Positions 26,603-37,351 of a stretch of 42,474 nt of DNA are shown here, in pieces. A program made the position numbers and the translations under genes. The DNA is from Limisphaerales bacterium (GTDB lineage: Bacteria > Verrucomicrobiota > Verrucomicrobiia > Limisphaerales > SIBE01): NCBI GenBank assembly GCA_044225505.1, contig JBGAIN010000065.1:1-42474 (forward strand), in the 5' to 3' direction. Position 1 is the stretch's first letter. Each line of letters starts with the position of its first letter. The notes beneath the pieces are model-generated. The model was not told where the DNA came from. It made no database searches and saw only the letters and a list, made by a program, of their open reading frames with translations.

Positions 26603-28855
26603 TTGATCAGAATGGTCAATTTAGACCACCAGGAATCGCGCGGTGCCATCGTCAAGCTTTCGGCTGATCCTCGAGAATCGTTGAGCTTGAAGCGAATGCA
26701 CAGAGCAAGCGCTGGATTCGGGCGTGGCAACCAACGTGCTCCCGGAGTCAGGTTGGTGCGTCGATTCGTCATCCCGAAGTTCCCGTTCGCTCGACTCTGG
26801 ATCAGCAGCGTCTTTGGAGTCGGAGTGCTCCTTTCCCTTTTTGCTTTCCTGGCGGTCGGACAGTGGGAACGGCGCGCGCTCCAAAACGAGGCCGCTAAAC
26901 TCGTCGGTGAGCAGTTAGACAAACTCGAGATCACCATCCTCCGGTCCACTGAAGTTCTGCATTCGATTGCAGCGCTACATCAGGCCCGTGGACGGTTGGA
27001 TCCAGACGAATTTCATCGCTTCGTCGGACACGCGCTGGCCAGACAACCGGAGCTCCAAGCGATTTCCTGGAATCCCCTCGTCGCAGAGGATGACCGTTCG
27101 GCCTTTGAGCAGCGCTTCCAGAAATCCGGCGCTGGTCCACGGCGTATTTTTGAACTTAGCAGTTCTGGCCAACTGGTCGCCGCCCGACACAAAAACGAGT
27201 ATGTGCCGGTCGACTTAATTGAACCTCTCGAGCGAAATCGAACCGCTCTGGGCTACGATCTTTTGTCCGACGCAAGCCGCCGCGAATCTTTAGAGCTCGC
27301 GCGGCGGACGCGCCAAATTGTGGCCACGGCGCCTGTGCGGTTGACGCAGAGCTCTGGACAAGACACCGGAGTGCTTGTCTTGTTACCCGTTTACAGCGCA
27401 GATGCGCCTGGAGCGCCTGGGGCTCCAGAGAACCTGGTCGGATTTGCCGTCGCGGTATTTCGCGTCGCGGATCTTGTCGGCGAAGCCCTGGCTGCTCTCA
27501 AGCGGAAAGGAATTGACGTCGCGTTGCATGATGAATCGGTCCGTAGCGCTAGAATCGCCGGCAATAGTGATGCAGCCCGTCTTGGGCAACTCACATGGCT
27601 CCAAGTCCCGAGCCGCCGCTGGGCTGTCGCCTACGAACCGAACCGTCATTTCCAGGCTGACCCACTTCGGAGCCAGTCGTGGTTTGTTCTAGCGGCAGGT
27701 CTGGCGTTTACCTTGCTCACCACGGCTTATTTAGAGTCGGCATCACGCCGCCACCACGAAGTCAAAGCCGTCAATCTCGCGCTGAAAGAGGAAGTCGTTG
27801 TTCGCCAAAAGGCGGAGGCGGTAGCGGCGGCGGCAAACCGGGCGAAGTCTGACTTCCTGGCCAATATGAGTCATGAGATTCGCACGCCACTCAATGCCAT
27901 CCTGGGGTATACGCAGCTCATGCAGCGGGACGCAAGTTTGGCCCTGGACGCCAAAGATGCCATCCAAGGCATTCACGCGAGTGGTCGGCACTTGCTGGGG
28001 CTCGTGAACGAGGTGCTCGATCTGGCGAAGATTGAGGCTGGTTGCATGGAACTGGCGCCGAGCGTTTTCGATCTGCGGGGACTCGGTCGTTACCTCGAAT
28101 CCACTTTCAAACCGCTTTGCGCCCAAAAGAAACTGCGTTTTTCGATCGGGGTGGAGAGTGCTGATGGCACCGTTGTCCGGACGGATGAAGGAAAACTCCG
28201 CCAAGTGCTCATTAACTTGATCGGAAATGCCGTCAAATTCACCCAAGCGGGAGCGGTTTTCGTTCGCATTCGCGGCGGTGCTGGCGACCAGGTCCACTTT
28301 GAAGTAGTCGACACGGGGTTGGGCATTCCGCCCGAAGAACAGCCGCACGTCTTCAAGCCGTTCCACCAAGGGCAAGGGGCACAGCATCTTGGAGGCACAG
28401 GACTGGGGCTGTCCATCGCTCAACGACAGGTCGAACTATTGGGCGGGCGGCTTGATCTCGATTCGAAGCGCGGGATTGGCTCCCGCTTCCATTTCACGCT
28501 ACCGCTCCCACGGATCTCTGACCGAACCCTCCTAGCGCCTGGGCCTGAAGCGAACCTCGATGACAGTTCATCCCTCGCGGAAGCGCCCGAAATGGAACCG
28601 ATCGTTCTCCCCGAGAGTCTGTCCAGCCGGTTGATCGTCGCCGCAGAGCTCCATAGCACAACAGCGCTCAAGTCGGCCCTGCGCGACTTGCAGCAACTCG
28701 GCCCGGAAGCGGAACGTCTTGCTGAGCACCTCAGGAGGTTGATGCGCAGCTACGATATGGATAGCATTCAGCGACTGCTCTGTCGCGTCGTCGTGCCCAC
28801 GATCAGTCTCTCCGGCTCTCCTGCTGCGCATGTCGTTACCGAACACTCAAAGTAA
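26603..28855 (+). CDS. CHASE-domain sensor histidine kinase
   Basis: Two TMs around a CHASE-like domain (IEPLERNRTALGYD, TAPVRL). H-box FLANMSHEIRTPLN, N-box NLIGNAVKFT, GGTGLGL. True start may be downstream. Confidence 0.9.
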   Translation: MIRMVNLDHQESRGAIVKLSADPRESLSLKRMHRASAGFGRGNQRAPGVRLVRRFVIPKFPFARLWISSVFGVGVLLSLFAFLAVGQWERRALQNEAAKLVGEQLDKLEITILRSTEVLHSIAALHQARGRLDPDEFHRFVGHALARQPELQAISWNPLVAEDDRSAFEQRFQKSGAGPRRIFELSSSGQLVAARHKNEYVPVDLIEPLERNRTALGYDLLSDASRRESLELARRTRQIVATAPVRLTQSSGQDTGVLVLLPVYSADAPGAPGAPENLVGFAVAVFRVADLVGEALAALKRKGIDVALHDESVRSARIAGNSDAARLGQLTWLQVPSRRWAVAYEPNRHFQADPLRSQSWFVLAAGLAFTLLTTAYLESASRRHHEVKAVNLALKEEVVVRQKAEAVAAAANRAKSDFLANMSHEIRTPLNAILGYTQLMQRDASLALDAKDAIQGIHASGRHLLGLVNEVLDLAKIEAGCMELAPSVFDLRGLGRYLESTFKPLCAQKKLRFSIGVESADGTVVRTDEGKLRQVLINLIGNAVKFTQAGAVFVRIRGGAGDQVHFEVVDTGLGIPPEEQPHVFKPFHQGQGAQHLGGTGLGLSIAQRQVELLGGRLDLDSKRGIGSRFHFTLPLPRISDRTLLAPGPEANLDDSSSLAEAPEMEPIVLPESLSSRLIVAAELHSTTALKSALRDLQQLGPEAERLAEHLRRLMRSYDMDSIQRLLCRVVVPTISLSGSPAAHVVTEHSK

Positions 28856-30377
28856 TTCGCCTGAGAAGATCCTGCTCGTAGATGATGTCGCCGACAATCT
28901 GTCGGTGTTAACCGGCGTTCTGGAAGTCGACGGCTATGAGATCCTGGCCGCATCCAGCGGCGTGGCGGCGCTGAAAGTGGCGGAGCGCGCCCAGCCCGCA
29001 CTGATTCTGTTAGATGTCATGATGCCGGAACTTGGCGGGTTTGCGACGTGTCAAAAATTGAAAGCGCACGCCGTGACGCGAGACATCCCCGTCATCTTTA
29101 TCACCGCTCGTGGAGATGTGAACGGGATCGTTGAGGGATTCCGCGCCGGCGCGGTCGATTACGTCGTCAAACCGTTTCAACCTGAAGAGATTCTCAGCCG
29201 CGTGGCCACCCACCTGCGCCTCGGCAAACTAACCCGTGAATTGATGGCGAAGAACCACGCCCTGGAAAAGCAAGCTAACGAACTACGGGCGGAGGTGCAG
29301 CGGCGTCATCATGTGGAAGCAGCGTTAAAAGACGCAGACGAGCGTATTGCTGGCCTCTCGGGGCTGGAAGCGGAACGAGGCAACCTCTCGGGACTGGTCG
29401 GCTCCAGCCGGCATTGGCAACGCATGGTCGCGGATATTCAGCGGCTCCACTTGTTCCCCAACACCAGCGTGCTCATTACTGGCGAAAGTGGCACGGGGAA
29501 AGAGCTTATTGCCCGCGCCATCCACTTCGGCAGCGCACGGGCGAGAGCTCCGTTTGTTCCCGTGAACTGCGTCGCTATCCCGGGTGAACTCGCTGAATCC
29601 CTCTTGTTCGGCCATACTAAAGGAGCTTTTACCGGTGCCGTGTCCGACCGCAAAGGTTACTTCGAATTGGCGCACGGTGGCACGTTGTTCTTGGACGAGA
29701 TCGGTGACATGCCGACCTCACTCCAGGTAAAGTTGCTGCGCGTTCTGGAGGATGGCCAGGTCACGCCTGTCGGCGCCGTCGAACCAAAGACCGTGGACGT
29801 GCGCATCTTGGCCGCCACGAATGCCGATCTCGATGCGCGTATTGGGAGTGGCTCGTTTCGAGAGGATCTCTATTTTCGCTTGGCCCGCTACCGCGTGGAG
29901 ACCCCCGCGCTGCGCGAGCGCGTGGAAGATATTCCCCTGCTCGCGGCGCACTTTCTAAAGCTTTTCGCGGCCGAGATGGGAATTAAAGCCCCTCCGTTCC
30001 GTCCGGAGAGTTTGGAGGTTCTGTCGGCCTATCCGTTCCCTGGCAATATCCGGGAGCTACGGAATATTATCGAACGCGCATTGATTGAGAGTAACGGCAC
30101 GCCGATTGCGCCAGCTTATCTGCACCTTCGGCAGACAAGCAGCAAACAGCCTATCTCAGCGACCGGAGCCCGCATCAAAACGGACGCCGTTTCGGATCTG
30201 CCGCTGAACCTCGCGCAAGCGGAAGACCTCTTGATTCAGCGCGCCTTGCAGGAGACCGGAGGAAATATTGCCGATGCGGCGCGTCTGCTTGGAGTGCATC
30301 GAACGCGCATTTACCGGAAACTCGCGACAGAGAGTTCCAGCGAACCCAATCCGACCTCAAGTGCCCCCGCGCCTTGA
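28830..30377 (+). CDS. Sigma54-dependent response regulator (NtrC family)
   Basis: Receiver (LLVDD, LLDVMMP, KPF), AAA+ GESGTGKE, GAFTGA, LFLDEIG, Fis-type HTH. Confidence 0.95.
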   Translation: MSLPNTQSNSPEKILLVDDVADNLSVLTGVLEVDGYEILAASSGVAALKVAERAQPALILLDVMMPELGGFATCQKLKAHAVTRDIPVIFITARGDVNGIVEGFRAGAVDYVVKPFQPEEILSRVATHLRLGKLTRELMAKNHALEKQANELRAEVQRRHHVEAALKDADERIAGLSGLEAERGNLSGLVGSSRHWQRMVADIQRLHLFPNTSVLITGESGTGKELIARAIHFGSARARAPFVPVNCVAIPGELAESLLFGHTKGAFTGAVSDRKGYFELAHGGTLFLDEIGDMPTSLQVKLLRVLEDGQVTPVGAVEPKTVDVRILAATNADLDARIGSGSFREDLYFRLARYRVETPALRERVEDIPLLAAHFLKLFAAEMGIKAPPFRPESLEVLSAYPFPGNIRELRNIIERALIESNGTPIAPAYLHLRQTSSKQPISATGARIKTDAVSDLPLNLAQAEDLLIQRALQETGGNIADAARLLGVHRTRIYRKLATESSSEPNPTSSAPAP

Positions 30378-30460
30378 GAGTCCCAATCAACAATTCAACA
30401 TTACCGCACCGCTCGCAGGTCTTCATTCTCGAGCGATTCGGGAACCGGCTGGAACCTCAA

Positions 30461-30496
30461 GTGTTTCAAGTGTTTCACCGGCGACAGTTGAAACAC
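30461..30496. promoter_or_regulatory. Candidate upstream activator sequence
   Basis: GTGTTTCA occurs twice, with an inverted TGAAACAC, 75-110 bp upstream of the sigma54 motif. Confidence 0.55.
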
Positions 30497-30570
30497 GCTC
30501 AATTCGGTAGGGAAATTAACAAGGCCACGAAAAGCCTTGATAATGGGGCATTCCGGGATTGGAGAACCCG

Positions 30571-30586
30571 TGGCACGGCAGCAGCT
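30571..30586 (+). promoter_or_regulatory. Sigma54 -24/-12 promoter
   Basis: TGGCACGGCAGCAGCT has GG-N10-GC spacing. It lies next to a sigma54 activator gene and upstream of the operon. Confidence 0.75.
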
Positions 30587-30653
30587 AAAGGCCATTCGAA
30601 TCGATTGGAAATCCGAACACCCGAACGGATAAACCCCCAACCAAAGGATCCCG

Positions 30654-31634
30654 ATGAATCGAAGTTGTCCCGTCACTCCCTGCCCTGCTCGTTCAAACCG
30701 CATTCTTCGCAGCAGCCCTATCGCCGTCGCGCTGGCGCTCTCTCTTTCCGCAACCGTGTTTGCCGAGGAAGCTGCCTCGCCCGCGCCGCCCCCACCGTCG
30801 CGGTTCCACGCCGTCTCGAATTTTGAATTTGCGGATAAATACCTCACTCCGCGCGGAATGATCGTTCATAACGACGGCCTGACATTCCAATGGTTGGCCT
30901 TGGGATTGCTCAACCTTTATCACGGCGATTCGTTCATCAACGACTTCACGCTCGTGGGTGGCGTTTGGAATGATTTCTCCAGCGATGGCGTTTCAGTGCA
31001 CGCTCCCTTCGGCAGCAGTCCCAAAACGAGCTACGTCGAAATCGATCCGATCGCGGGGATATCGATGTCCTTCGCCAAGGACTTCAAACTGGACGTGACC
31101 TACACCGCGTTCGCCATGCAGATACTCGATATCGGGACGTCGCAGCATCTGGAAGTGAAATTGGGCTATGACGACAGCCGCTTTCTCAAGAAATTCGCAC
31201 TTCATCCATACGTGAGCTTCTGGCAGGAGTTGGACGAAAAGGCGACTGCCGCGAGAGTTCCCTACATCGTGTTCCTCAATCAAAAGGGACCTGCTTCGAG
31301 CTATTACTTCGATGTCGGCATTGATCCGTCTTACACCTTCGAAGGTCTTGGGTTGAAACTGGAAGCGCCTTGTCGCGTGCTTCTCCCGAACAAGGACTTT
31401 TATGGGGAGTACTACGACAAGGCTTCGACGGTCGGTCTTTACGAACTCGGCGTTAAAGGCAGCATGCCCCTCAAATTTGTGCCGCAAGGTTTTGGGAGCT
31501 GGGGCGTTCACGCCGGGTTCAAATACATGAACTTCGTCGACGAAAACCTCCGGGGCATGCAGCAATTCAACGCGCCTGGGCACTCCGTCCGCGAGACCGT
31601 GCAGTTTTACGGTGGATTCAACGTCTTTTTCTAG
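30654..31634 (+). CDS. Putative outer-membrane beta-barrel channel
   Basis: Signal peptide, aromatic amphipathic beta strands, ends GFNVFF. First gene of the uptake operon. Confidence 0.7.
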   Translation: MNRSCPVTPCPARSNRILRSSPIAVALALSLSATVFAEEAASPAPPPPSRFHAVSNFEFADKYLTPRGMIVHNDGLTFQWLALGLLNLYHGDSFINDFTLVGGVWNDFSSDGVSVHAPFGSSPKTSYVEIDPIAGISMSFAKDFKLDVTYTAFAMQILDIGTSQHLEVKLGYDDSRFLKKFALHPYVSFWQELDEKATAARVPYIVFLNQKGPASSYYFDVGIDPSYTFEGLGLKLEAPCRVLLPNKDFYGEYYDKASTVGLYELGVKGSMPLKFVPQGFGSWGVHAGFKYMNFVDENLRGMQQFNAPGHSVRETVQFYGGFNVFF

Positions 31635-31676
31635 AATTAGTCCCTCTCTCACAATTTAAACATCCAAATTCATTGT

Positions 31677-32798
31677 ATGAAAAGGCAATCGATTACCTCC
31701 GTTCTCCTCGCCGTCCTAACTCTCGCCACACCTTGGCTCGGTCCAAACGCCTCCGGCGCGGACGCGGTCAAGATGGGATTCATCTATGTCGGTCCCAAGG
31801 ACGATTATGGATATAACCAGGCGCATTCCGAAGGCGCTGCTGGCGTGCAGAAGAGTCCGCGGGTCAAAGCAGTCGAAGAAGCGAGCGTCCCGGAAACAAC
31901 GGCGGTGCAGGAGACCATGCGCAACATGATCAACCTGGATGGCGCAGCGATCCTGTTTCCAACGTCCTTCGGTTACTTCGATCCGCACATCCTTAAAGTC
32001 GCCAAACAATACCCGAAAGTGCAGTTCCTGCACTGCGGCGGACTGTATACCGAAGGCAAACACCCGAAGAACGTCGGGAGCTACTTCGGTTACATTGATG
32101 AAGCCGTTTATATCTCCGGCATCACTGCCGGTTACACCTCCAAGTCTGGCAAATTGGGTTTCATCGCAGCCAAGCCGATCCCTCAGGTATTGCGGAACAT
32201 CAACGCCTTCACGCTCGGAGCTCGCAGCGCCAATCCCAAAGCGACCGTCCAAGTCATCTTTACGGGCGACTGGTCGATGCCGGTCAAAGAGGCTGAGGCC
32301 GCCACCAGCTTGATCAATCAGGGAGTCGATGTTCTGACGTGTCATGTCGACAGTCCGAAAGTCATTCTCGAGACGGCTGAGCGCCGCGGCATTTACGTTT
32401 GCGGATACCACGCCAATGGTTCAAAGCTCGCACCCAAAGGCTATCTCACCGGTGCGGAATGGAACTGGTCCAAGGTCTACACCCAATACGCGGAGATGGT
32501 GATGCAAGGCAAAACCCTGGCGGCCGGCACCATTCCCCACCTGGTGCGCGGCGGACTCAAGGAAGGGTTTGTTAAATGTTCGGACTTCGGTCCCGCGGTG
32601 AGTGAGACCGCCCGCAAAGCCGCGGCGGCGGCCCTGGCCAAATTCATGGACGGGAGCATGGTGATCTTCCAGGGCCCACTCACAGACAACACAGGCAAAA
32701 CCATCCTTCCTGCCGGAAAAGGATTCAAGCAACAGGACCTCGAATTGGAGTCGATGGGATGGCTCGTCGAAGGAGTGATCGGCAATACGAAGAGCTAG
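31677..32798 (+). CDS. BMP-family ABC transporter substrate-binding protein
   Basis: GFIYVGPKDDYGYNQAH, TSFGY, INAFTLGA. Confidence 0.9.
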   Translation: MKRQSITSVLLAVLTLATPWLGPNASGADAVKMGFIYVGPKDDYGYNQAHSEGAAGVQKSPRVKAVEEASVPETTAVQETMRNMINLDGAAILFPTSFGYFDPHILKVAKQYPKVQFLHCGGLYTEGKHPKNVGSYFGYIDEAVYISGITAGYTSKSGKLGFIAAKPIPQVLRNINAFTLGARSANPKATVQVIFTGDWSMPVKEAEAATSLINQGVDVLTCHVDSPKVILETAERRGIYVCGYHANGSKLAPKGYLTGAEWNWSKVYTQYAEMVMQGKTLAAGTIPHLVRGGLKEGFVKCSDFGPAVSETARKAAAAALAKFMDGSMVIFQGPLTDNTGKTILPAGKGFKQQDLELESMGWLVEGVIGNTKS

Positions 32799-32826
32799 CC
32801 GTCTCAATCCCTACCCAAACACGCGC

Positions 32827-33954
32827 ATGGCGAATCCCGTCCCCAGCACCGAGGCCGCGGCCTTGAGTTCTCTGACCGAGGCGGCTGCGGCCAGTTCGGA
32901 CCCACCCTCGCGGAACTGGCGACCCGTGTTGGAAGCGGTCTCCTTGCCTGTGGGAGCGGTTCTGGTCGCTTTGGCGTTGTTTGGCATCTTTTGCGCCGCG
33001 CAAGGCGCGAATCCGATCGCCGTTTTCCGGGCGATTCACACGGCGGCATTCGGCAGTTGGTACTCGTTTCAGAATACGTTGGTGCGCGCCGCGCCGTTGA
33101 TGTTGACCGCGCTTTGCACAGCCCTTCCCGCCCGACTTGGGTTAGTCGTCATCGGTAACGAAGGCGCCTTGGTGATGGGCGGATTGGGCGCCATCGCTGC
33201 CGGGCTGGCGCTAGCCACGGCTCCCTTCGCCCTCTCCCTCGCGGGCATGGTTTTGGCCGGGATCATCGCGGGCGGACTTTGGATCACACTCGTCGGCCTG
33301 TTGCATTACCAACGGGCGGTCAATGAGACCATCAGCAGCTTGCTCATGAACTACATTGCCATTGCCATTCTCAACCATCTCGTGAACGGGCCGTTGCGTG
33401 ATCCCAGCAGCCTTAACAAACCTTCCAGCTATCCCATCCCGGATGAACATCTCTTGCCCACGTTAGGAGAGTCGAACGTTCATGCCGGCCTGATCTTCGG
33501 TCTCCTGGTCTGCTTGATCGCGTGGGTTGTGATGGAGCATACCACGTTCGGCTTTAAGGTTCGCGTCATCGGCGGCAACGTCCGTGCCGCGCGGATGGCC
33601 GGCCTGCCCGTGGCTCGGCTTGGACTGGTGACCTGTTTCCTGGCGGGTGCCTGCGCGGGACTCGCTGGAATGGTCGAAGTGGCCGCCGTCCACGGCCGAG
33701 CCAACGAGTCTTTGGCCGCGGGTTATGGCTACGCCGGAATCCTGGTGGCTTTCGTGGCCAGACACCGTGGCCTGCCTATTATCGTCGCCGCCATCGTGCT
33801 GGGAGGAATACTGGCCAGCGGCGGCATCCTGCAGCGCCAGTTTCAATTGCCCGATTCGACCATCCTGGTGTTTCAAGGGCTCGTGTTTCTCTGCATCCTG
33901 TTCAGCGATTCACTCTACGGGCGATTCAAAATCTTCAAGGAGGGTGGCGTATGA
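32827..33954 (+). CDS. ABC transporter permease (nucleoside/CUT2-like)
   Basis: Multi-TM; IGNEG, NETISSLLMNY, GYGYAGI. Confidence 0.9.
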   Translation: MANPVPSTEAAALSSLTEAAAASSDPPSRNWRPVLEAVSLPVGAVLVALALFGIFCAAQGANPIAVFRAIHTAAFGSWYSFQNTLVRAAPLMLTALCTALPARLGLVVIGNEGALVMGGLGAIAAGLALATAPFALSLAGMVLAGIIAGGLWITLVGLLHYQRAVNETISSLLMNYIAIAILNHLVNGPLRDPSSLNKPSSYPIPDEHLLPTLGESNVHAGLIFGLLVCLIAWVVMEHTTFGFKVRVIGGNVRAARMAGLPVARLGLVTCFLAGACAGLAGMVEVAAVHGRANESLAAGYGYAGILVAFVARHRGLPIIVAAIVLGGILASGGILQRQFQLPDSTILVFQGLVFLCILFSDSLYGRFKIFKEGGV

Positions 33955-34877
33955 GTAGCGATTCCATCGGCTGGTGGGGAGTTGTCATTGGCATCCTGGC
34001 CGGAGCTGTCCGGGGCGGAACGCCGTTCCTTCTGGTCAGTTTGGGAGAGTGTCTGACCGAGAAGAGCGGAAAGATCAATCTCGGCCTGGAAGGGACGGTC
34101 CTGATGGGCGCGATGAGCGCTTATGCCGTGGCTTATAAGACGGGCAGCCCCTGGGTGGGCGTCCTCGCCGCGGGCATGGCCGGCGCGCTTTTGGGCCTGC
34201 TCCATGCCGCCCTGGTTTCGCGCCCGAAGGTGAACGATATCGCAGCTGGCATTGCCTTGCTCATCTTTGGGAGTGGTTGCGCTTTTCATTTTGGAAAACC
34301 GTTCATTCAGCCGAGCGCGCCCCAACTCCCTGGCCTTCCATTGGGTGGATGGAGTTCGTTGCCGCAACTGCAAGCGGCTTTGAAGCTCAGCCCGCTTTTC
34401 ATCGCCGGTGTCGGTCTGGCGTTCGCGATGGATTGGTTCTTTCGCGCCACGCGCTGGGGCATGGCCGTCCGAGCCGTCGGAGACTCACCCGCGGCGGCGC
34501 GGGCGATGGGCATTTCCGTCATCCGCGTGCGAGTTATCGCGATCACGATTGGCAGCGCCTTAGGTGCCATGGGCGGGGCGCATCTCTCGCTTTTCTATCC
34601 GGGAGCATGGTCGGAAGCGATCTCGAGCGGGCAAGGCTTAATGGCCGTGGCCCTGGTCATCTTTGCTCGCTGGAAACCGGTGCACTGCCTGTGGGCTTCC
34701 CTCTTGTTTGGGGGTGCGCAAGCGATTGGTCCATCTCTCCAAGCCATCGGGGTCAGCACCGGATACTACCTGTGGAACGCCTCGCCCTACATCCTGACGT
34801 TAGGAGTGATGATCTTGAGCTGCTCCCCGAAACGAACGCTCGCAGGTGTCCCCGGCGCCCTCGGCGCGAACGCCTGA
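33951..34877 (+). CDS. ABC transporter permease
   Basis: EKSGKINLGLEG, RAVGDSP, GQGLMAVALVIFARW. Confidence 0.9.
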   Translation: MSSDSIGWWGVVIGILAGAVRGGTPFLLVSLGECLTEKSGKINLGLEGTVLMGAMSAYAVAYKTGSPWVGVLAAGMAGALLGLLHAALVSRPKVNDIAAGIALLIFGSGCAFHFGKPFIQPSAPQLPGLPLGGWSSLPQLQAALKLSPLFIAGVGLAFAMDWFFRATRWGMAVRAVGDSPAAARAMGISVIRVRVIAITIGSALGAMGGAHLSLFYPGAWSEAISSGQGLMAVALVIFARWKPVHCLWASLLFGGAQAIGPSLQAIGVSTGYYLWNASPYILTLGVMILSCSPKRTLAGVPGALGANA

Positions 34878-35000
34878 GCCTGTCATGAACCACACCCTTA
34901 TCATTCAAAGCACCTTCCGGCCACTGCTGGAACTCGGCTCACTCCCTGTCCACGTCGAGGGCTCAAACCTCAACCCCATCCTTTCCTCTCAAGCCGCGGC

Positions 35001-35684
35001 ATGAAACGATACGTCGACGCAGATCCTTACCCCTGGCCGTTTAACGGCGAACTCCATCCCGCAAACACGGTCTTCCTTGTCATCGACATGCAGACCGACT
35101 TTTGCGGGCCGGGCGGTTACGTCGATAAGATGGGTTACGATCTCTCCTTGACCCGCGCGCCCATCGTGCCGATCCAGCGCGTCTTCCAGGCGGTGCGTCC
35201 GCGTGGGTTTCATGTGTTCCACACGCGCGAAGGGCATCGGCCGGATCTCTCCGACCTGCCGGAAAATAAGCGTTGGCGCAGCCAGCGGATTGGCGCGGGC
35301 ATCGGCGACGCCGGACCGTGCGGTCGGATCTTGACCCGAGGAGAAGCGGGTTGGGAAATCATCCCGGAACTGCAACCGACCGCAGGCGAGCCGATCATTG
35401 ACAAACCTGGCAAAGGCTCGTTCTACGCCACGGACCTGGACATGTTGCTACGACGACGGGGCATCCAGAATATTGTCCTCGCGGGAATCACCACGGATGT
35501 ATGCGTCCACACCACCATGCGAGAAGCGAATGATCGTGGCTACGAATGCCTGCTGTTGTCCGACTGCACCGGCGCAACCGATTTCGGAAACTATCAAGCT
35601 GCTCTCAAGATGATCAAAATGCAGGGCGGCGTTTTCGGGGCGGTGGCTGAGTCTAGCGCATTTCTCAAAGCGATTGTCGAGTGA
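35001..35684 (+). CDS. biuH: Biuret amidohydrolase (cysteine hydrolase family)
   Basis: IDMQ, DKPGKG and C-containing TTDVCV. BiuH-type signature [19 protein letters not shown]. Confidence 0.85.
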   Translation: MKRYVDADPYPWPFNGELHPANTVFLVIDMQTDFCGPGGYVDKMGYDLSLTRAPIVPIQRVFQAVRPRGFHVFHTREGHRPDLSDLPENKRWRSQRIGAGIGDAGPCGRILTRGEAGWEIIPELQPTAGEPIIDKPGKGSFYATDLDMLLRRRGIQNIVLAGITTDVCVHTTMREANDRGYECLLLSDCTGATDFGNYQAALKMIKMQGGVFGAVAESSAFLKAIVE

Positions 35685-35687
35685 TCC

Positions 35688-37229
35688 ATGTTAATCCCAC
35701 CCTCACCGCCTCGACCAAACCGTCCTCTCTCCGTGGAGTTGGTGAATTTGACCAAGCGCTTCGGCTCTTTTGTGGCCAATGATCGAATTTCTCTCACGGT
35801 CGCACCGGGCACATTCCATGCCTTGCTCGGAGAGAATGGCGCCGGGAAAAGCACGCTAGTCAAGTGCCTGATGGGGTTCCATCCCGCGGATGAAGGGGAC
35901 ATCGTGATCGACGGACATTCGCGCGAAATTCAAAGCCCTTTCGACGCCTACCGCTATGGCATCGGCATGGTCTACCAACACTTTACTCTCGTTCCCGCCA
36001 TGACCGTCGCGGAGAACCTGGTGCTCAGTCGCCCGGACTTTCCCGCCGTTCTCAATTGGAAATCCGAACGCCAGCGTCTGAACGAGTTCATGCGCACCGC
36101 GCCTTTCCAGGTCGATCTCAATACGCCTGCCTCACAGTTGGCTGCCGGCCAGAAACAAAAGGTGGAAATCCTCAAACAGCTCTATTTGCAGAGCCGGTTC
36201 CTCATCCTGGACGAACCCACCTCCGTGCTGACCCCGGCCGAAGCCGACGAAGTCCTGGGCCTGATCCAGGGCAAAGTCAAAGCCGGAGCGTTGAGCGTGC
36301 TGCTCATCACCCACAAGTTCCGCGAGATCTTTGGATTTTGCGATGACATCACAGTTCTTCGAAAAGGGAAACTGGCCGGGTCCGGTCGCGTCAAGGACCT
36401 CACCACCGACCAACTGGCGGCCATGATGATGGGCGGCCAGCGCGAAGTGAAAGTGGTCTCCAAAGTGGACCGGCCGCCTGGGCCTCCCGTAGTCGAACTG
36501 ACCGGGCTTTGCGCGAATCGAGATAGCGGTGTCCCCGCCATTCGCAACATCAATCTCACCGTGCGGGAAGGTGAAGTCGTCGGATTGGCCGGCGTTTCCG
36601 GCAACGGCCAGCGCGAGTTGGTCGAGGTTCTGGCAGGGCAACGCCTGGCCACGAGTGGCGAAATGAAAATTCACGGCCAACCTTACCGCGCGACCCGGAG
36701 CGAAGCTTACCAGCATCGCGTCTTTCTCCTGCCTGAGGAGCCTCTCCGCAATGGGTGCGTTCCCGGGATGACCGTTGCGGAAAACCTCGTTCTGCGCAGC
36801 TTCGACCGCCCGCCGATGACCCGCGCTGGCTGCTTTCTCAGCCGCCGCGCCGTCCGCCGCCACGCCCAGGGCCTGATCGCACAATACTCCATTCGAACTC
36901 GTTCCCCGGAAACGCCGATTGGCGATCTGTCCGGCGGCAATGTGCAACGCGCGGTTCTGGCGCGGGAACTCGGGTCTCGGACCGCCAAGGTCCTGGTTGC
37001 AGCCAATCCTTGCTTCGGGCTGGACTTCGCTGCGGTCGAATCGATTCATGGCCAGATCACCGAAGCGCGCAATCGCGGTGTGGCCGTGTTGCTGGTGAGC
37101 GAAGATTTGGATGAGCTCATCGCGCTGGCCGACCGCATTCTCGTGATCTCCCACGGTGAACTGGTTTACGAAACGACTCCGCAAGGGGCGGATCCAAAAA
37201 CGATCGGCCATCATATGGCTGGACACTGA
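35688..37229 (+). CDS. ABC transporter ATP-binding protein (two fused NBDs)
   Basis: GENGAGKST, LILDEPT, LSGGNVQ, SEDLDEL. Confidence 0.95.
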   Translation: MLIPPSPPRPNRPLSVELVNLTKRFGSFVANDRISLTVAPGTFHALLGENGAGKSTLVKCLMGFHPADEGDIVIDGHSREIQSPFDAYRYGIGMVYQHFTLVPAMTVAENLVLSRPDFPAVLNWKSERQRLNEFMRTAPFQVDLNTPASQLAAGQKQKVEILKQLYLQSRFLILDEPTSVLTPAEADEVLGLIQGKVKAGALSVLLITHKFREIFGFCDDITVLRKGKLAGSGRVKDLTTDQLAAMMMGGQREVKVVSKVDRPPGPPVVELTGLCANRDSGVPAIRNINLTVREGEVVGLAGVSGNGQRELVEVLAGQRLATSGEMKIHGQPYRATRSEAYQHRVFLLPEEPLRNGCVPGMTVAENLVLRSFDRPPMTRAGCFLSRRAVRRHAQGLIAQYSIRTRSPETPIGDLSGGNVQRAVLARELGSRTAKVLVAANPCFGLDFAAVESIHGQITEARNRGVAVLLVSEDLDELIALADRILVISHGELVYETTPQGADPKTIGHHMAGH

Positions 37230-37351
37230 CCCATGGCACGCCCGCTTCTCCAAATGCCACCGCAGAACGATTGGCGCCTCTCGCGTCCGAAGATTCCGAA
37301 GAAGATCGCGTTTCCAGAAATCCCCGCCCGGCCTTTCCCTCGCTCGCACTG

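Noticed and set aside
36132..37349. 405-aa antisense ORF and similar shadow ORFs (82-585, 935-1678, 22358-23056, 31716-32411)
   Set aside because: They lie opposite well-supported genes in GC-rich DNA and show no motifs.
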